Shown here: positions 1 to 13,140 of the stretch, one piece after another | How positions within the stretch are numbered: position 1 is the stretch's first letter | Layout: each line of letters starts with the position of its first letter | Source of the DNA: Octopus sinensis | Taxonomy: Eukaryota | DNA length: 64,000 nucleotides | Reading direction: 5' to 3' | Assembly (NCBI RefSeq): GCF_006345805.1 | Contig: NC_043002.1 | Location: 72,726,001 to 72,790,000, forward strand | The notes under the pieces: model-generated | The model's input: the letters and a program-made list of their open reading frames with translations, nothing else | What the model was told of the DNA's origin: nothing | Database searches by the model: none | Position numbers and translations under genes: made by a program

Positions 1-84
1 CTTTAAGTAGCCCATGCAAATGAAGACCATACTGGATGATGATGATGATGATGATAATGATGGTGGTGGTGGTGGTGGTGGTCA

Positions 85-600
85 TCATCATCATCACTAT
101 CATTTAACATCTGATCTCCATGCTGGCATGGGTTGGACGGTTTGACATATTGAGCTGGCTCGCCGAGAGCTGTCCAGACCCCAAATGTCTATTGTGGCAT
201 GGTTTCTACAACTGGTTGCTCTTCCTAACGTCAACCACTTATCAGAGTGTGCTGGGTGCTTTTTATGTGCCGCCAGCACAGGTGTGTTTACATAACACCA
301 GCATGGGTGCTTTTTATGTGCCGCCAGCACAGGTGTGTTTACATAACACCAGCACGGGTGCTTTTTAACTGGCATCAGTTCCTGAAAGGACAAGCCTGTA
401 CGAGTACTTAGCCTGACATTGCTTTATCAAGTACAGCAAATTACCATATCTCTTGGTCCCTTGTCATTTCCTCAGTGAGGCCCAGCATCTGAAGATCCTT
501 TCTCATCACTTCGTCCCACGTCTTCCTGGGTCTACCCCTTCCACAGGTACCCTCCATAATTTGAGCTCAGCACTTCTTTATGCAGCTGTCCTCATCCAGC
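85..600 (-). mobile_element. RTE-clade LINE 3' end with (GAT)n tail
   Basis: Minus frame GRPRKTWDEVMRKDLQMLGLTEEMTRD (RTE C-terminus) followed by the 3'UTR and GAT tail. 3'UTR-only copies at ~6620-6838, 9118-9330, 11536-11830, 12790-13110, 14447-14632, 14682-14982, 20028-20222, 25240-25535, 32015-32250, 40370-40570, 51936-52385, 58232-58405. Confidence 0.75.
254..366. repeat. 51-bp tandem repeat (2.2 units) inside an RTE 3'UTR
   Basis: gggtgctttttatgtgccgccagcacaggtgtgtttacataacaccagca(t/c) starting at 254, 305 and 356. Confidence 0.9.
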
Positions 601-1509
601 TTACTAAATACATTTAGATTTTTCATAAACCACCATACAAAATTAATTGTAGTTTGATTAACATAATCTGCATTTCTTTTTTTCAAATCATGGAGAGGGG
701 CTGTTCGTAAAATGCCATTCTGTATAAGGGAGCATTCAGCTACAATGGGTTAAGAACCACTGCTCTATCTAGTTGCTTGGCCTTCTAGAAATAGGAGCCA
801 AATCACCCTCAGATCACACCCTATTACCTTAAAAAGAAAGAGGGAGACTTTGAACAATGTAGACAGATGTATAAAGAGATAGCTGTGTCTGGAATTCCTC
901 TGATCAAAAGCCTGGTCAATCCTCTGGCTAAGGTCTGGTGTGGGAATTAAACAACAGCAGTTGCAGCCACACCCACTACCACCACCATCTACAACATGAA
1001 GAGTTGCCAACTTGAAAGATTTCAGTTAAGTGGAGCAATTTGAGCCAAAAAATAGTTTGATTGCACTAACTCAGAAATACAAGCTACCTTAATATCCCAT
1101 CTTCACTGTGTATCTTGAGATTTAGTATGTCTATATATAACAATACGCCTGAAACAATAAATAAAAATCTTTCCTAAGTGGTAAGTAATCCATTTCCCAT
1201 ATCAATGCAACTATTCACTTTCATATTCACATTTCCATGCAAGCATGGATTGGACAGGAATTTGGTGGTCAGAGTTTTACAGCCAAGTGCTCTTCTTGAT
1301 GCCCACTTTTTTATAGCCTCATACAATACACAGGTATATGGTGTAACTATTCTAAAATCCAGCATGTATCAAAATATACACAACTGATAACAGGTTACTT
1401 AATTTAGCAGTCGTTGTCAAAGTTATTTGCTTTGCAACCTCTTCCATACTTTTCCTCCAGGAATCACAGTAATAACTAAACTTTGTTTAAATGATATAAC
1501 ATACAACAT

Positions 1510-1868
1510 AGGTGTAGGAGTTGCTGTGCGGTAAGTAGTTTGCTTACAAACTACATGGTTCCAGGTTCAGTCCCACTGTATGGTGGCACCTTGGGCAAGT
1601 GTCTTCTCGGGCCAACCAAAGCCTTGTGAATAGATTTGGTAGACGGAAACTGAAAGAAGCCCGTCGTATGTATATGTGTGTGTGTATTTGTGTTTGTCCC
1701 CCCAATAACGATTGACAACCAATGCTGGTGTGTTTACATCCTCGTAACTTAGCAGTTCGGCAAAAGAGACCGACAGAATAAGTACTAGGCTTACAAAGAA
1801 TAAGTCAGTCCTGGGGTCAATTTGCTCGACTAAAGGCAGTGCTCCAGCACAGCTGCAGTCACATAACA
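1510..1868 (+). mobile_element. SINE family A copy (tRNA-like head, ~400 bp)
   Basis: Head ggtgtaggagttgctgtgcggtaag...ggttcagtcccactg, central (TA)/(TG) tract, tail gtactaggcttacaaagaataag...gtgctccagca; many near-identical copies in the window. Confidence 0.8.
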
Positions 1869-2833
1869 TAAAAAAAAAACATTTTGGTATTGCTGTGTCG
1901 CAAGGAGATAGTCAATTAGTTAGTTTAGTTAGTTCTCTTTGTGCCATGAAGTACAAGCAGCTGCAACACAATCTCTCCAACCAAATCTGTTTTTTTTGCC
2001 ACTGTTCAGGTCTCATTCCAGCTTCTCCACCCTTCTCATCTTTCTTGACCAATGGTCCTTCACCATGTGGTTTTAGGATGCCCTGCTGCTCTTTTCCCCC
2101 TCAAGCTTCCACTTTAGTGCCACCATGCAATGCTTTTCTCGATTTTGTATGAGAATGTGTCTAATCCAACTCCAACATCTGCATCATATTTCATCAGAGC
2201 CTGTTGATGCACATTGCTCTTTCAACTGTGTCATTTCGCACTCTTTGCAGCTAGTATTCTCCTTAAGCATGTGATTGGAAGCTGCCCATTGTTTATTACT
2301 ACCTTTTTTGTCATATGGAAATAATTGGTGTATTATTTGTGATGTATCATCAGTATGTGAAGGCACATGGTTCAGAGGTTAGAGCGTCGAGCTTACGATC
2401 GTGAGGTTGTGAGTTTGATTCCCAGACCAGGCTGCATGTTGTGTTCTTGAGCAAGACACTTTATTTCATGTTACTCCAGTTCACTCAGCTGTAGAAATGA
2501 GTTGCAACATCACTGGTGCCAAGCTGTATTGGCCTTTGCCTTTTCCCTCGGACAACATCAGTTGTGTGGAGAGAGGAGGCTGGTATGCATGGGCAACTGC
2601 TAGCCTTTCACAAACAACCTTGCCCAGACTTGTGACTCGGAGGGTAACTTTCTAGGTGCAATGCCATGGTCATTCATGACCGAAAGCGGTCTCCTCCTCC
2701 ATCATCAGTATAACGAAAGCACTAAATGGTAGCTTCAATGAGTACACCATAGAAAAAGATAACACATTCATTCTGGTCCAAAGCTATACAGGAGAGATTT
2801 TATAAAAAAGGAAAACAGTGAAATGAAACTCAC

Positions 2834-2926
2834 CTGATGTTGCCAATTAGGAATATTTTTTAATTGTTTCTCACTTAAGATGAGCCTCTCAGATAATTTT
2901 TCTTTCTCATTCAGAACATCAATTGC
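2834..2926 (-). CDS. LZTFL1: LZTFL1 coding exon 6 (AIDVLNEKEKLSERL...NWQHQ)
   Basis: ttgcag acceptor, CAG|gtgagt donor, 93 nt, phase 0 to 0; similar to ATNALDEKSKL. Confidence 0.8.
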
Positions 2927-3052
2927 CTGCAAATGTTATCAAAAGCAAATTGAACTTTATTGGCATGAATTTATGATGGTGAAATATGGAAATATAAGCA
3001 GAAGATGTTTTCTGTTGGTGTAATGTAATAAATTGAATATTCTTTTATCTGT

Positions 3053-3245
3053 TCCAGTCATTTCACTGTGGCCATACTGGAACACCACCTTGAAAGGTTT
3101 TAGTTGAACAAATTGACCCCAGGACTTTTTTTTAAGCCTAGTGCTTATTCTATTGGTCTCTTTTGCTGAATCGCTAAGTTACAGAGACGTGGCCACACCA
3201 ACACTAGTTGTCAAGCAGTGACGGGGGAACAAACACAGACACAAA

Positions 3246-3294
<49 letters not shown>

Positions 3295-3610
3295 GACAGG
3301 CTTCTTTCAGCTTCTGTCTACCAAACCCACTCACAAGGCCTTGGTCAGCCTGAGGCTATAGAAGATGACACTTGCCCAAGGTGTCATGCAATGGGACTGA
3401 ACCCCAAACCATGTGGTTTGGGAAGCAAGCTTCTTTTATTCATTATATTGGCCATAAAGGCCTTAAATAGAAGGGAAGCTACGGGCTGGACATAGACATA
3501 ATGTTATATGAAATGACAAATGAAAATGATGATAAATGAGGGTAACAAGCGATGCTCGCCGATCGCTGCTTACCCGCAGCTTCTTACCAAACAGCCATGC
3601 CTGCACCTGT
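3053..3610 (-). mobile_element. SINE family A copy interrupted by a 142-bp insert
   Basis: Reverse-complement match to family A; the head is split at 3436-3577. Confidence 0.75.
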
Positions 3611-4324
3611 TTTTTTTTTTTAAGATTTTATCCTAAACAAGGCTTGGGACTATGAAAATGTAGCTATAAAGAAGGAAAAGAAGGGTCCTACAAATTCAAA
3701 AGATGATGATTCACAAGAAGCTTAAAAGGAATGAATATCATTGACCAAAGAAAAATACAAGATGATGGCAGTGAGTTCCATAGAAAGAAGCCATTAGAAT
3801 AAATGGATTTATGACTAACAGGAACAGAATGTCACAGTTTAAGTGAAACAGACTATTGGGATATAAATTACTTAGAGAACCCATACACATGAAAAATAAT
3901 AGTCGAGTTAATGACACAACATTTAATATAGCCATGCATTAAAAAGTTGATTATGAATAATTATGTAAAAATAAGAGACAATATTAGCTAATGACTATCA
4001 TTATCAACACTGTCATTGTTTTAATGTCCGCTTTTCCATGTTTGCATGTGTCTAATAGAATTCAATGAGGTATATTTTCTATGGTCGGATGCCCATCCTG
4101 TCACCAACCTTCACGTATTTTTTGTTTTTAAGCAAGGTAATAATTCTCCATGGCCAGACATGTTTTCTTGGAAAACTGGAAATGAGCGACACAGCTTGTA
4201 TGATGCTGATGACTGTTTCCAGTCATCATGTGGCTGGCGTTAGGAAGGACATCCAGCAGTAGAAACCATGCCAACTCAGGCTGGAGTCTTGTGCAGCCCT
4301 GCAGCTTGCTAGCTCTGGTAATAC

Positions 4325-4975
4325 CTATTTCTTTACTGCCCACAAGTGGCTACACACAGAGGGAACAAACAAGGACAGACAAACAGATTAAGTCGATTAC
4401 ATCGACCCCAGTGCGTAACTGGTACTTATCTAATCGACCCCGAAGGGATGAAAGGCGAAGTCAACCTCGGCGGAATTTGAACTCAGAACGTAGCAATAGA
4501 CGAAATACTGCTAAGCATTTCGCCCAGCATGCTAATGTTTCTGCCAGCTCGCCGCCTTGCTCTTGTAATACTGTCCAACCCATGCCAACATGGACAACAG
4601 ACATTAAATGATGATGATGATTTACAAGACTTTGCTCAGCCTGGAGCTACAATAGAAGACACTTGCCCTAAGTGACATGCATTGGGGCTGAACCTGAAAC
4701 TACATGATTGGAAAGCAAGCTTTCTAACTACACAACCATTCCTGCTGGCAAAAATGTTAGCACGCCAGGTGAAATACTTAGCAATATTTCGACTGTCTCT
4801 ACGTTCTGAGTTCAAATTCCGCCGAGGTCAACTTTGCCTTTCATCCTTTCAGGGTCGATTAAATAAGTACCAGTTACGCACTGAGGTCAATGTAATTGAC
4901 TTAATCCCTTTGTCTGTCCTTGTTTGTCCCCTCAATGTTTAGCCCCTTGTGGGCAATAAAGAAATAAAGAAACAA
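4325..4975. mobile_element. Inverted pair of SINE family B copies (4325-4558 minus, 4745-4975 plus)
   Basis: ggcggcgagctggcagaaac...ttagcacgcc..gttctgagttcaaattccgcc head. Other copies at 8455-8652, 8799-9040, 10015-10206, 17812-18013 (minus) and 11038-11262 (plus). Confidence 0.8.
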
Positions 4976-5166
4976 ACAAATATTATTTTAATTATTCTGA
5001 CTAGTACAGGAACAACTAGAAATATGTTTCAATTTTATTAAACTTCATCAACAAAGTATAGCCTTATCCTTCACCATACTTGCCAAAATACTGAAAAAGA
5101 ATCACTAAGTACATCTACATAAACACATGGCTAGGCATGAAAATAAGCATATTTAAGAAAATATAT

Positions 5167-5557
5167 TACTTGTTTCAGTTATTTGACTGTGGCCATGCTG
5201 GAGCACCGCCTTTAGTCGAGCATATCGACCCCCAGGACTTATTCTTTGTAAGCCTAGTACTTATTCTATCGGTCTCTTTTGCCGAACCGCTAAGTTACAG
5301 GGACGTAAGCACACCAGCATTGGTTGTCAAGTGATGTTGGTGGGACAAACACAGACACACAAACATATATACACACACACACATACATATATACGGTGGG
5401 CTTCTCTCAGTTTCCGTCCACTAAATCCACTCACAAGGCTTTGGTCGGCCCAAGGCAAATTTAGAAAACACTTGCCCAAGATGCCACGCAGTGGGACTGA
5501 ACCCGGAACCATATGGTTGGTAAGCAAGCTACTTAGCACACAGCCACTCCTGTGCCT
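5167..5557 (-). mobile_element. SINE family A copy
   Basis: Full-length reverse-complement match to 22418-22810. Confidence 0.85.
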
Positions 5558-5795
5558 ATATCTGCATTAAAAAATAATACTATCATAGTGTCTCTCTTCA
5601 GGCAATGGACATAATCCAGTTTTTATAATGCCTGTCTGACCCACAATAAATATTTGTACATGAATTGATGGAGCAACCATTAATTGAGAGTGACATGGGT
5701 ACAAAATCGATTTTCTTGAACCTTTGATTCCAAAGCTTTTCTAGATTAATGATTTTCTTGAACCAAGGGTGGTCATTTTGGTCAACATTCTAAAT

Positions 5796-6432
5796 CAGTG
5801 GTTCTCAATTGGGGTCCATATAAAATTTTGGGGGAGTCCACACAACAAAATATTAAATTGGGGATTCACAATAGTATATTAAGTACCCCTGAAAAAATTT
5901 TACTTTAGATCTATCTATGTATTGGTATGTGTGGAGGTGCAATGGCCAGTGGTTAGGGCAGCAGACTCGCGATCAGAGGACCACAGTTTCGATTCCCAGA
6001 CCAGGCATTGTGTGTGTTTATTGGGCAAAAACACCTAAAAGCTCCACGAGGCTACGGCAGGGGGTGGTGGTGACCCCTGTTGTACTCTCTTGCCCCAACT
6101 TTCTCTCACTCTTTCTTCCTGTTTCATAAGTAATGCTGCAATGGACTGGCATCCCGTCCAGCAGGGGGTAACACATACGCCACAGAAACCGGGCCCATGA
6201 GCCTAGCTAGGCTTGAAAAGGGCGCATAAATAAATAAAAATTGGTACGTACTGCAAGAAACAGCTAAGTTTTTTCCTCTAACATTTTACATAGCTCAACC
6301 TACACAATTAATGTGTGAAAAACAAAATAGGAATTTTGAGAGAAATTTCTATAAAACTAGTTTTTAAACGATGAATGGAAATGGGGGTCGAAGGGGACCA
6401 TAGATAAAAAAAAAAATGATTGAGAATCCCTG
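5796..6432. mobile_element. hAT-like MITE with a nested SINE
   Basis: cagtggttctcaa ... ttgagaatccctg TIRs; 8-bp TSD ttctaaat/ctctaaat; SINE at 5933-6238 inside. Confidence 0.7.
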
Positions 6433-7631
6433 CTCTAAATTAATTATCTCTATTTTTTTCTCTTTCTTTTCTATCTGGGGTAGCCAAGTATCTCCTCTAA
6501 AGCAAGGCACCTATTTCTATCCCATCATTATACTTTAACCTCTCGACTGGCACAAAGCCACCTCTCTCAATACTACTCTCCCTCCCAGTTGTGGGGGAGG
6601 AGAGATCTTTGTCTTGCAAGTTACTTGGTGACTCTCCTGGTGCCGGTGCCATGTACAAAACAATCAACACACTGTAAAGTGGTTGGTGTTAAGAAGGGCA
6701 TCCAGCTGTAGAAACCATGCCAAAACTGAGAATGGAATGTGGTGCAGTCCTCTGGTTTGTCAGCTCCAGTCAAACCAGCCAACCCATGCCAGCATGGAAA
6801 ATGGACATTAAATGATGACAACGATGATGATGATGACTTAAATGAAATACAGGCACCTGTACATTAGTATAAATTAGTGTGGGCTACAAGAGGTTCCAGA
6901 CCATCATGTCCAAAAACTTGGGGTTGTACCTGTATTTATTTTTGGTTGGGAAAACCAATATTAATCTCAAACTTAATGAACATAGCAGGGTTTGTTACCA
7001 CAAACTTCATTTCACAGGTTAACACAGGCTCACAACCATAGAACTAAAGGCATTTAATATAATAGTTTTTCCCATCCTTAAGCAATGAATATATCTCTAA
7101 ACATTCTGGGGTTTGCTAAAATTTTAAACATTTATTTAAGTATGGATGCAACACAGCTGATGATTAAGGAGGTCCGTTCACAATCACAGGGTCCCAGGTT
7201 CAATTTCACAGTGTGGCATATTGTGCAAGTGTCTTTTAACCATTGCCTCAAGTCAACTAAAGTCTTGTGAATACACAAGCCCATTAGTGAATTGTACAAA
7301 TAATTCGAAGGTACAACCTGGTCACTCACACTTTTACACACTGATTTTGACAGAGGATTATGTTAAAGGTGCACATGTCTGTGGAATACTCAGCCACTTA
7401 CATACTAATTTGAGGTCTCCTGGATTTCAGTCACTCAAACAACTGAAACCTCCCCATCAGTAGTAGCAGCAGCTGTTGCTGTCATTGTCATTTAATATCA
7501 ATTTTTCAAGCTGACATGGGTTGGATGGTCTGACAGAATTCAGCAAACCTCAGTGCTGTGTCAAGTTCCAAAGTCAGCTTTGGCATAGTTTCAATGGCTG
7601 GATGCCCTTTTTAACATATCAATATATGTCT

Positions 7632-7853
7632 TTAGTCTTTCTTTTAGTCTTTTACTTGTTTCAGTCATTTGACTGCGGCCATGCTGGAGCACCGCCTTTA
7701 GTTGAGCAAATCGACCCCGAGACTTATTCTTTGTAAGCCGAGTACTTATTCTATCGGTCTCTTTTGTCGAACCGCTAAGTGACGGGGACATAAACACACC
7801 AGCATAGGTTGTCAAGCAATGCTAGAGGGACAAACACAGACACACAAACATAT

Positions 7854-7884
<31 letters not shown>

Positions 7885-8056
7885 CATATATACGACGGGC
7901 TTCTTTCAGTTTCCGTCTACCAAATCCACTCACAAGGCATTGGTCGGCCCGAGGCTATAGAAGAAGACACTTGCCCAAGATGCCACGCAGTGGGACTGAA
8001 CCCGGAACCATGTGGTTGGTAGGCAAGCTACTTACCACACAGCCACTCCTGCGCCT
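7632..8056 (-). mobile_element. SINE family A copy
   Basis: Full-length, near-consensus copy with a (taaaagac)-type tail. Confidence 0.85.
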
Positions 8057-8156
8057 ATGATAATATAATTTCAACAAAGTAATATGGCCACATGTTCATA
8101 TAATGTTTCAGGAGAAAATCTGTCAGACATTAAAAAAAAAAAAAACAGCTATTTAC

Positions 8157-8222
8157 CTGACCTTCAAGGCGTGAGAGTTTTTGTTTAAGTCGAGCATTTT
8201 CTTCTTCTAATTCAGTAATACG
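8157..8222 (-). CDS. LZTFL1: LZTFL1 coding exon 5 (RITELEEENARLKQKLSRLEGQ)
   Basis: tttcag acceptor, CAG|gtaaat donor, 66 nt; coiled-coil heptads like vertebrate EILRLQEENEKLKSRL. Confidence 0.9.
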
Positions 8223-9589
8223 CTGAAAATATATGAATTAAATACTGAGTTATCAATGAAATATCAGTGACTGAATTCAAGAATACTGACTAGTAATAAC
8301 GATCACATGTTTTGTTACTGTATTTATTCTCTTTGCAATCAAATTTAATATAAAATCACAAAATGTGCATAAGCGATTAAATAAACAGCAGAATACACTG
8401 CAAAAGTGTTTGAGAAAAATCAACCATCAAATTGCACATAATAATACTTTCTGGCTTTGGCACATAGCAACAGCTTTAAGGGAAAGGAGTTGACCCTAGT
8501 ACTTGACTGGTATTTATTTTATCGACCGCCAAAGGATGAAAGGCAGGCAAAGTTGACATTGGTGGGATTTGAGCTCAGGATGTAAAGTGGCAGAAGCAAT
8601 GCTGCTCAACATTTTGCCTAATGCACTAATGGTTCTGCCAGCTCGCCACCTAAGAGCTAACTAATAATAATATAACTGATAAAGATATGAGACGTTCTGG
8701 TACAGTTGTTGTGGAGCTGTCTTATTTGGTACCACTGATACAATGCCAACTTATTTGAAATCAGAAGTTTTAATGTTTTACTTGTTTAATGTTTTATATT
8801 TCTTTACTACCCACAAGGGGCTACACACAGAGGGGACAAGCAAGGACAGACAAACGGATTAAGTCGATTATATCGATGATGATGATGATACAGTGTGTAA
8901 CTGGTACTTATTTAATTGACCCCGAAAGGATGAAAAGCAAAGTTGACCTTGGCAGAATTTGAACTCAGAACGTAGCGGCAGACGAAGTACCGCTAAGCAT
9001 TTCGCCCGGCGTGCTAATGTTTCTGCCAGCTCGCCGCCTTAAATATTTAATGTTTCTCTTATTTGTTTAATGTTTCTCTCTCCCTCTCTGTTTGTGTGTG
9101 TAAGTATATTTCTCTTTCATTATCATCATCATCATTTAGCATCTGCTTTCCATGTTGGCATGGGTTAGATAATTTCACTGTGAAAGTGGTATGCTGTAGG
9201 GCTACACCAGGTTCCAATCTGATTTGGCATGGTTTCTATGGCTGGATGCCCTTCCTAATGCCAACCCCTCCCAGAGTGTAATGGGTGCTTTTTACATGCT
9301 AGTTACATGACACTGTCATCAGCTTTATGTGTATGAAGAGAGGAAACATGTTTCTGTCAGCTGTGTTCAGTAACTAACTTGTAATGTCTCTCTCCCCTCT
9401 TTCTTATTCTTCCTATCTGCATGCGTATATTTCTCTGCATGCATGTGCTTGGGTATGTGCATTTGCCTCCAGTGCCGAAAAGTACAATCACCAAAACAGG
9501 TTGATTGTCAAGGCAGCCATGTCAGATCATTAACATCCGAACAGTGGCACCTAATCGTCTCATTCTGAACTTATCAATATAAAATATGT

Positions 9590-9977
9590 TTACTCTTTTA
9601 TTTGTTTCAATCATTTGACTGTGGCCATGCTGGAGCACCGCCTTTAGTCGAGCAAATCAACCCCAGGACTTATTCTTTGTAAGCCTAGTACTTATTTTAA
9701 TGGACCCTTTTGTTGAACCGCTAAGTTATGGGACATAAACAGACCAGCATCGGTTGTCAAGCAATGTTGGTGGGGGACAAACACAGACACACATATATAC
9801 ATATACATATATACGACAGGCTTCTTTCAGTTTCCATCTACCAAATCCACTCACAAAGCTTTGGTTAGCCCGGGACTACAGTAGAAGACACTTGCCCAAG
9901 GTGCCACGCAGTGGGAATGAACCTGGAACCATGTGGTTGGTAAGCAAGCTACTTACCACACAGCCACTCCTGCGCCT
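9590..9977 (-). mobile_element. SINE family A copy
   Basis: Full-length reverse-complement match. Confidence 0.85.
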
Positions 9978-10391
9978 GTATTTGATTAATTTAATTTCAT
10001 AATGGTTCAATTTTGGGCACAAGACCAGCTATTTCGGGGGAGGGGGCTAGTCAATTATTGACCCCAGTGCTCAACTGGAACTTATTTTACCAACCCTGAA
10101 AGAATGAAAGACAAAGTTGACCTTGGTGGGATTTGAACTCTGAACGTAAAGACAAACGAAATGCCACCAAGCATTTTGCCTGACGTGCTAACAATTCTGC
10201 CAGCTCTAATAATTCCAAGTCTTTTATCAATACAGATATTAATATATTGTGATAGGATCCCATATTATTAACATCATTGTCATTATATAGCTATAGTCAA
10301 CACAATGCTTGATATTCTAGAAGGAATAAATATGTACAAATGTCTACAAACAATTTTGTTTCATCATTTAATTTAAATAAAATACACATAC

Positions 10392-10515
10392 CATCTGAAG
10401 TAAATCAGAACCACCAGACTCATTCATTGGCATCAGTTTTACTCTAACAGGAGAGTCTTTTTTTTTGCTTGAAAATTCTTGTTCTTCAAATAATTTAATT
10501 TTTTCTAAAAGTTCT
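10392..10515 (-). CDS. LZTFL1: LZTFL1 coding exon 4 (ELLEKIKLFEEQEF...PMNESGGSDLLQM)
   Basis: ttctag acceptor, ATG|gtatgt donor, 124 nt, phase 2 to 0; matches the ELLE...FE and P.NE.G..ELL motifs. Confidence 0.9.
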
Positions 10516-12284
10516 CTAGAAAAGAAAAAAACAATTAGATAGCAACAATACCAAACAAATTATGCTTTATTTCAATTCAATTTAGTACTACTTGTTTTTA
10601 GTCTTCACTTCTGTCAGCCATTGTCCAACAGCCATACTGGGGCACAGTTCTGAAGAACTTAATCGATCAGATTGATCTTGGTTTATATTCCAAGATCAGG
10701 TAGCTACCACATATTGGTCTCTTTTTGCTGAACTACTAAGTTACAGCAACAGAAACAAATCAACACTAGTTGTCAAACGATGGAACACAGGCACACACAG
10801 ACACAGAATTAAGTGTTAACCTTGTCTTAGTAAAAACAAAATAAATATGCTACTCAACTAAAAAGCATGCAGACACTCCAACCACCCCCAAAAACCTTGT
10901 CAAGAACACCTCATTAAGACTCTCCTCTTTCTCATCTAACAAAGCTGTATTCAAGGAAATTGTCACACCAAACAACAAAATACTTCACATTATTTGTAAG
11001 ACAGTGACAAACATCACATGCTATTAAGACACGGATAAGGCAACAAGCAGGCAGAAACGTTAGCACGCCGGGTGAAATGCTTAGCAGTATTTCGTCTGTC
11101 TTTACGTTGTGAGTTCAAATTCCACCAAAGACAACTTTGCCTTTCATCCTTTCAGGGTCGATAAATTGTCTCAGTTGTGTACTGGGGTCAATTTAATTGA
11201 CTGGCCACCTCCCCCAAAATTTCCGGCCTTGTAGAAAAGGATATTAAGACAAGGACGCCGTTATATTGCTCTAATTCAATTCTGACTAGGTATCGAACTG
11301 AGTTTGGTGACTTTTGCAAATACATTTGTATTTTGTTAATTTGTACAAATAATAGTTCTAATTTGCATACGGCTTTGTGTTGCATGTGGCTTTTTGGGTC
11401 CTGCTTTAATCAGCATGTATTTTTGAGTATATATTGCTCGCATGTTCACTCCATTTTTGGTCAGTTAGCATTCGAGTAAATTGATAATTCTGTATTAAAT
11501 CATAACACACACACACACTCACACAAATATATATATTCATCGTCGTTTAACGTCCACTTTCCATGCTAGCATGGGTTGGACGATTTGACTGAGGTCTGGC
11601 GAACCAGATGGCTGCACCAGACTCCAATCTGATCTGGCAGAGTTTCTACAGCTGGATGCCCTTCCTAATGCCAACCACTCCGAGAGTGTAGTGGGTGCTT
11701 TTATGTACTACCAGCGGGACTGGCAACAACTTTGCTTGAATGTTTTTTCACATGCCACCAACACAAGTGCTAGTAAGGCAACGCAGGTAACGATCATGCT
11801 CGAATGGTGTTTTTAATGTGCCATCAGCTCAGAGGCCAGCTTGTTGCTCTGGCCCCCAATCTATCTATACATATATATGTTTTGCTCCAGGTGGTGAATT
11901 TGTCATTAAAAGAGATAGAATCTCTTCTCAAAGATGAAGAACATGCATATTTATTTTTTAAATATATAATAAATGATAGAGATGGGAAATGGAACATACG
12001 AGAGGCTTTATTGTTCACAATCATCGTTTCCATGCAGAACACATTGAAACAATCATTGTGAGCAATAAAGTTTCTTGTGTGTCGCATTTTCTGTCTATAT
12101 CATTTGTTATATACTCAACACACACTGAGGAACTCCCAATGTAGATCCAGCAATAATTGGATTAACACTGTAGATGACATCTGGCAGATATAGGCAGTGT
12201 ACATATTTCATCAGCTTCCTACTAGGAACATACTCAACACTTAAGTGTGTGTGTATTTATATATACATATATATAAAATCTCAC

Positions 12285-12790
12285 AGAGGCTGAAGTCAGT
12301 GGTGTGATTAAAGTGCCCCAGTGTGGAAAGGGTGCAGGGGAAGATGAAATCCAGTCTGAGATGTTAAAAGCCTCAAATAGAGAAGGTATTCCCTAGCTGA
12401 CTTGTGTATGGTGTCGTGGTGGCATGCACCTCTGGAAAGACACCAAAGCAAAGACAATCCAGATTGATAATCTCAACTTTTAAGAAGGGTATTAAGAGAG
12501 AGCGCGCTCTAACTAAAGAGGAATCTCCTTGATAAAGTTTATACTAGGTGTCTGGGAAAAAGATGCAGGGAAATTGCCGAACTCAAGCTTGCTAACAAAA
12601 CAGTGTGATTTCCATCCTAAATGCGGCGCAACCAACCAGATATTCACTCTACAAATCTTTGAGAAATCAAGGGAACATTGTCAAGAGGTGTATGCTTGCT
12701 TTGTAGACCTTGAAAAGGCATGTGACGAGATGTTACAGAACAGGTTGTAGAGGATATTGCAAAAGTTTGAGGTTAATGAGCACTTGGGGT
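12285..12790 (+). mobile_element. Degraded RTE-clade RT fragment
   Basis: QCDFHPKCGATNQIFTLQIFEKSREHCQEVYACFVDLEKA (cf. the QCGFR...DQIFTL...FVDLEKAYD consensus). Confidence 0.7.
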
Positions 12791-13140
12791 GGTACCACGT
12801 AAAATGCAGCTATGCTGGTGTCACAAAAAGTACCTGTGCCAGTGCCACATAAAATGCACCCATGTTGGAAAGCACCCATACCAGTGTCACATAAGAAGCA
12901 CACAGCACTCTCTGTAAAGTGGTTGGCATTAAGAAGAGCATCCAGCTATAGAAAGCATGCCAAAACAGGTGACTGGGACCTGGTGCAGCTCTCCATTTTG
13001 TCAGCTTCTGTCAAGCCATCCAACTTATGCCAGCATACAAAATGAACATTAAATGATGATCATGATCATCATCATAAGGATGATGAAGATGATCATGATG
13101 ATCATGATGAAAGTTGTCCAGGTTTATATCTTCTAAAGTA

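Noticed and set aside
254-366. 51-bp direct repeats resembling a CRISPR array or a repeat-protein ORF (100..393)
   Set aside because: Units are contiguous with no unique spacers, lie inside an RTE 3'UTR, and the genome is eukaryotic.
2184-2366. ORF tested as the next LZTFL1 exon (also 960-1150, 1380-1500 and 5040-5100)
   Set aside because: No similarity to the LZTFL1 C-terminal coiled coil and no phase-compatible open exon; the remaining exons are probably left of the window.
6843-6935. 12-bp inverted repeat (aaatacagg..cctgtattt) as a pogo/Tigger-like mini-element
   Set aside because: Too short and single-copy in the window to distinguish from chance.
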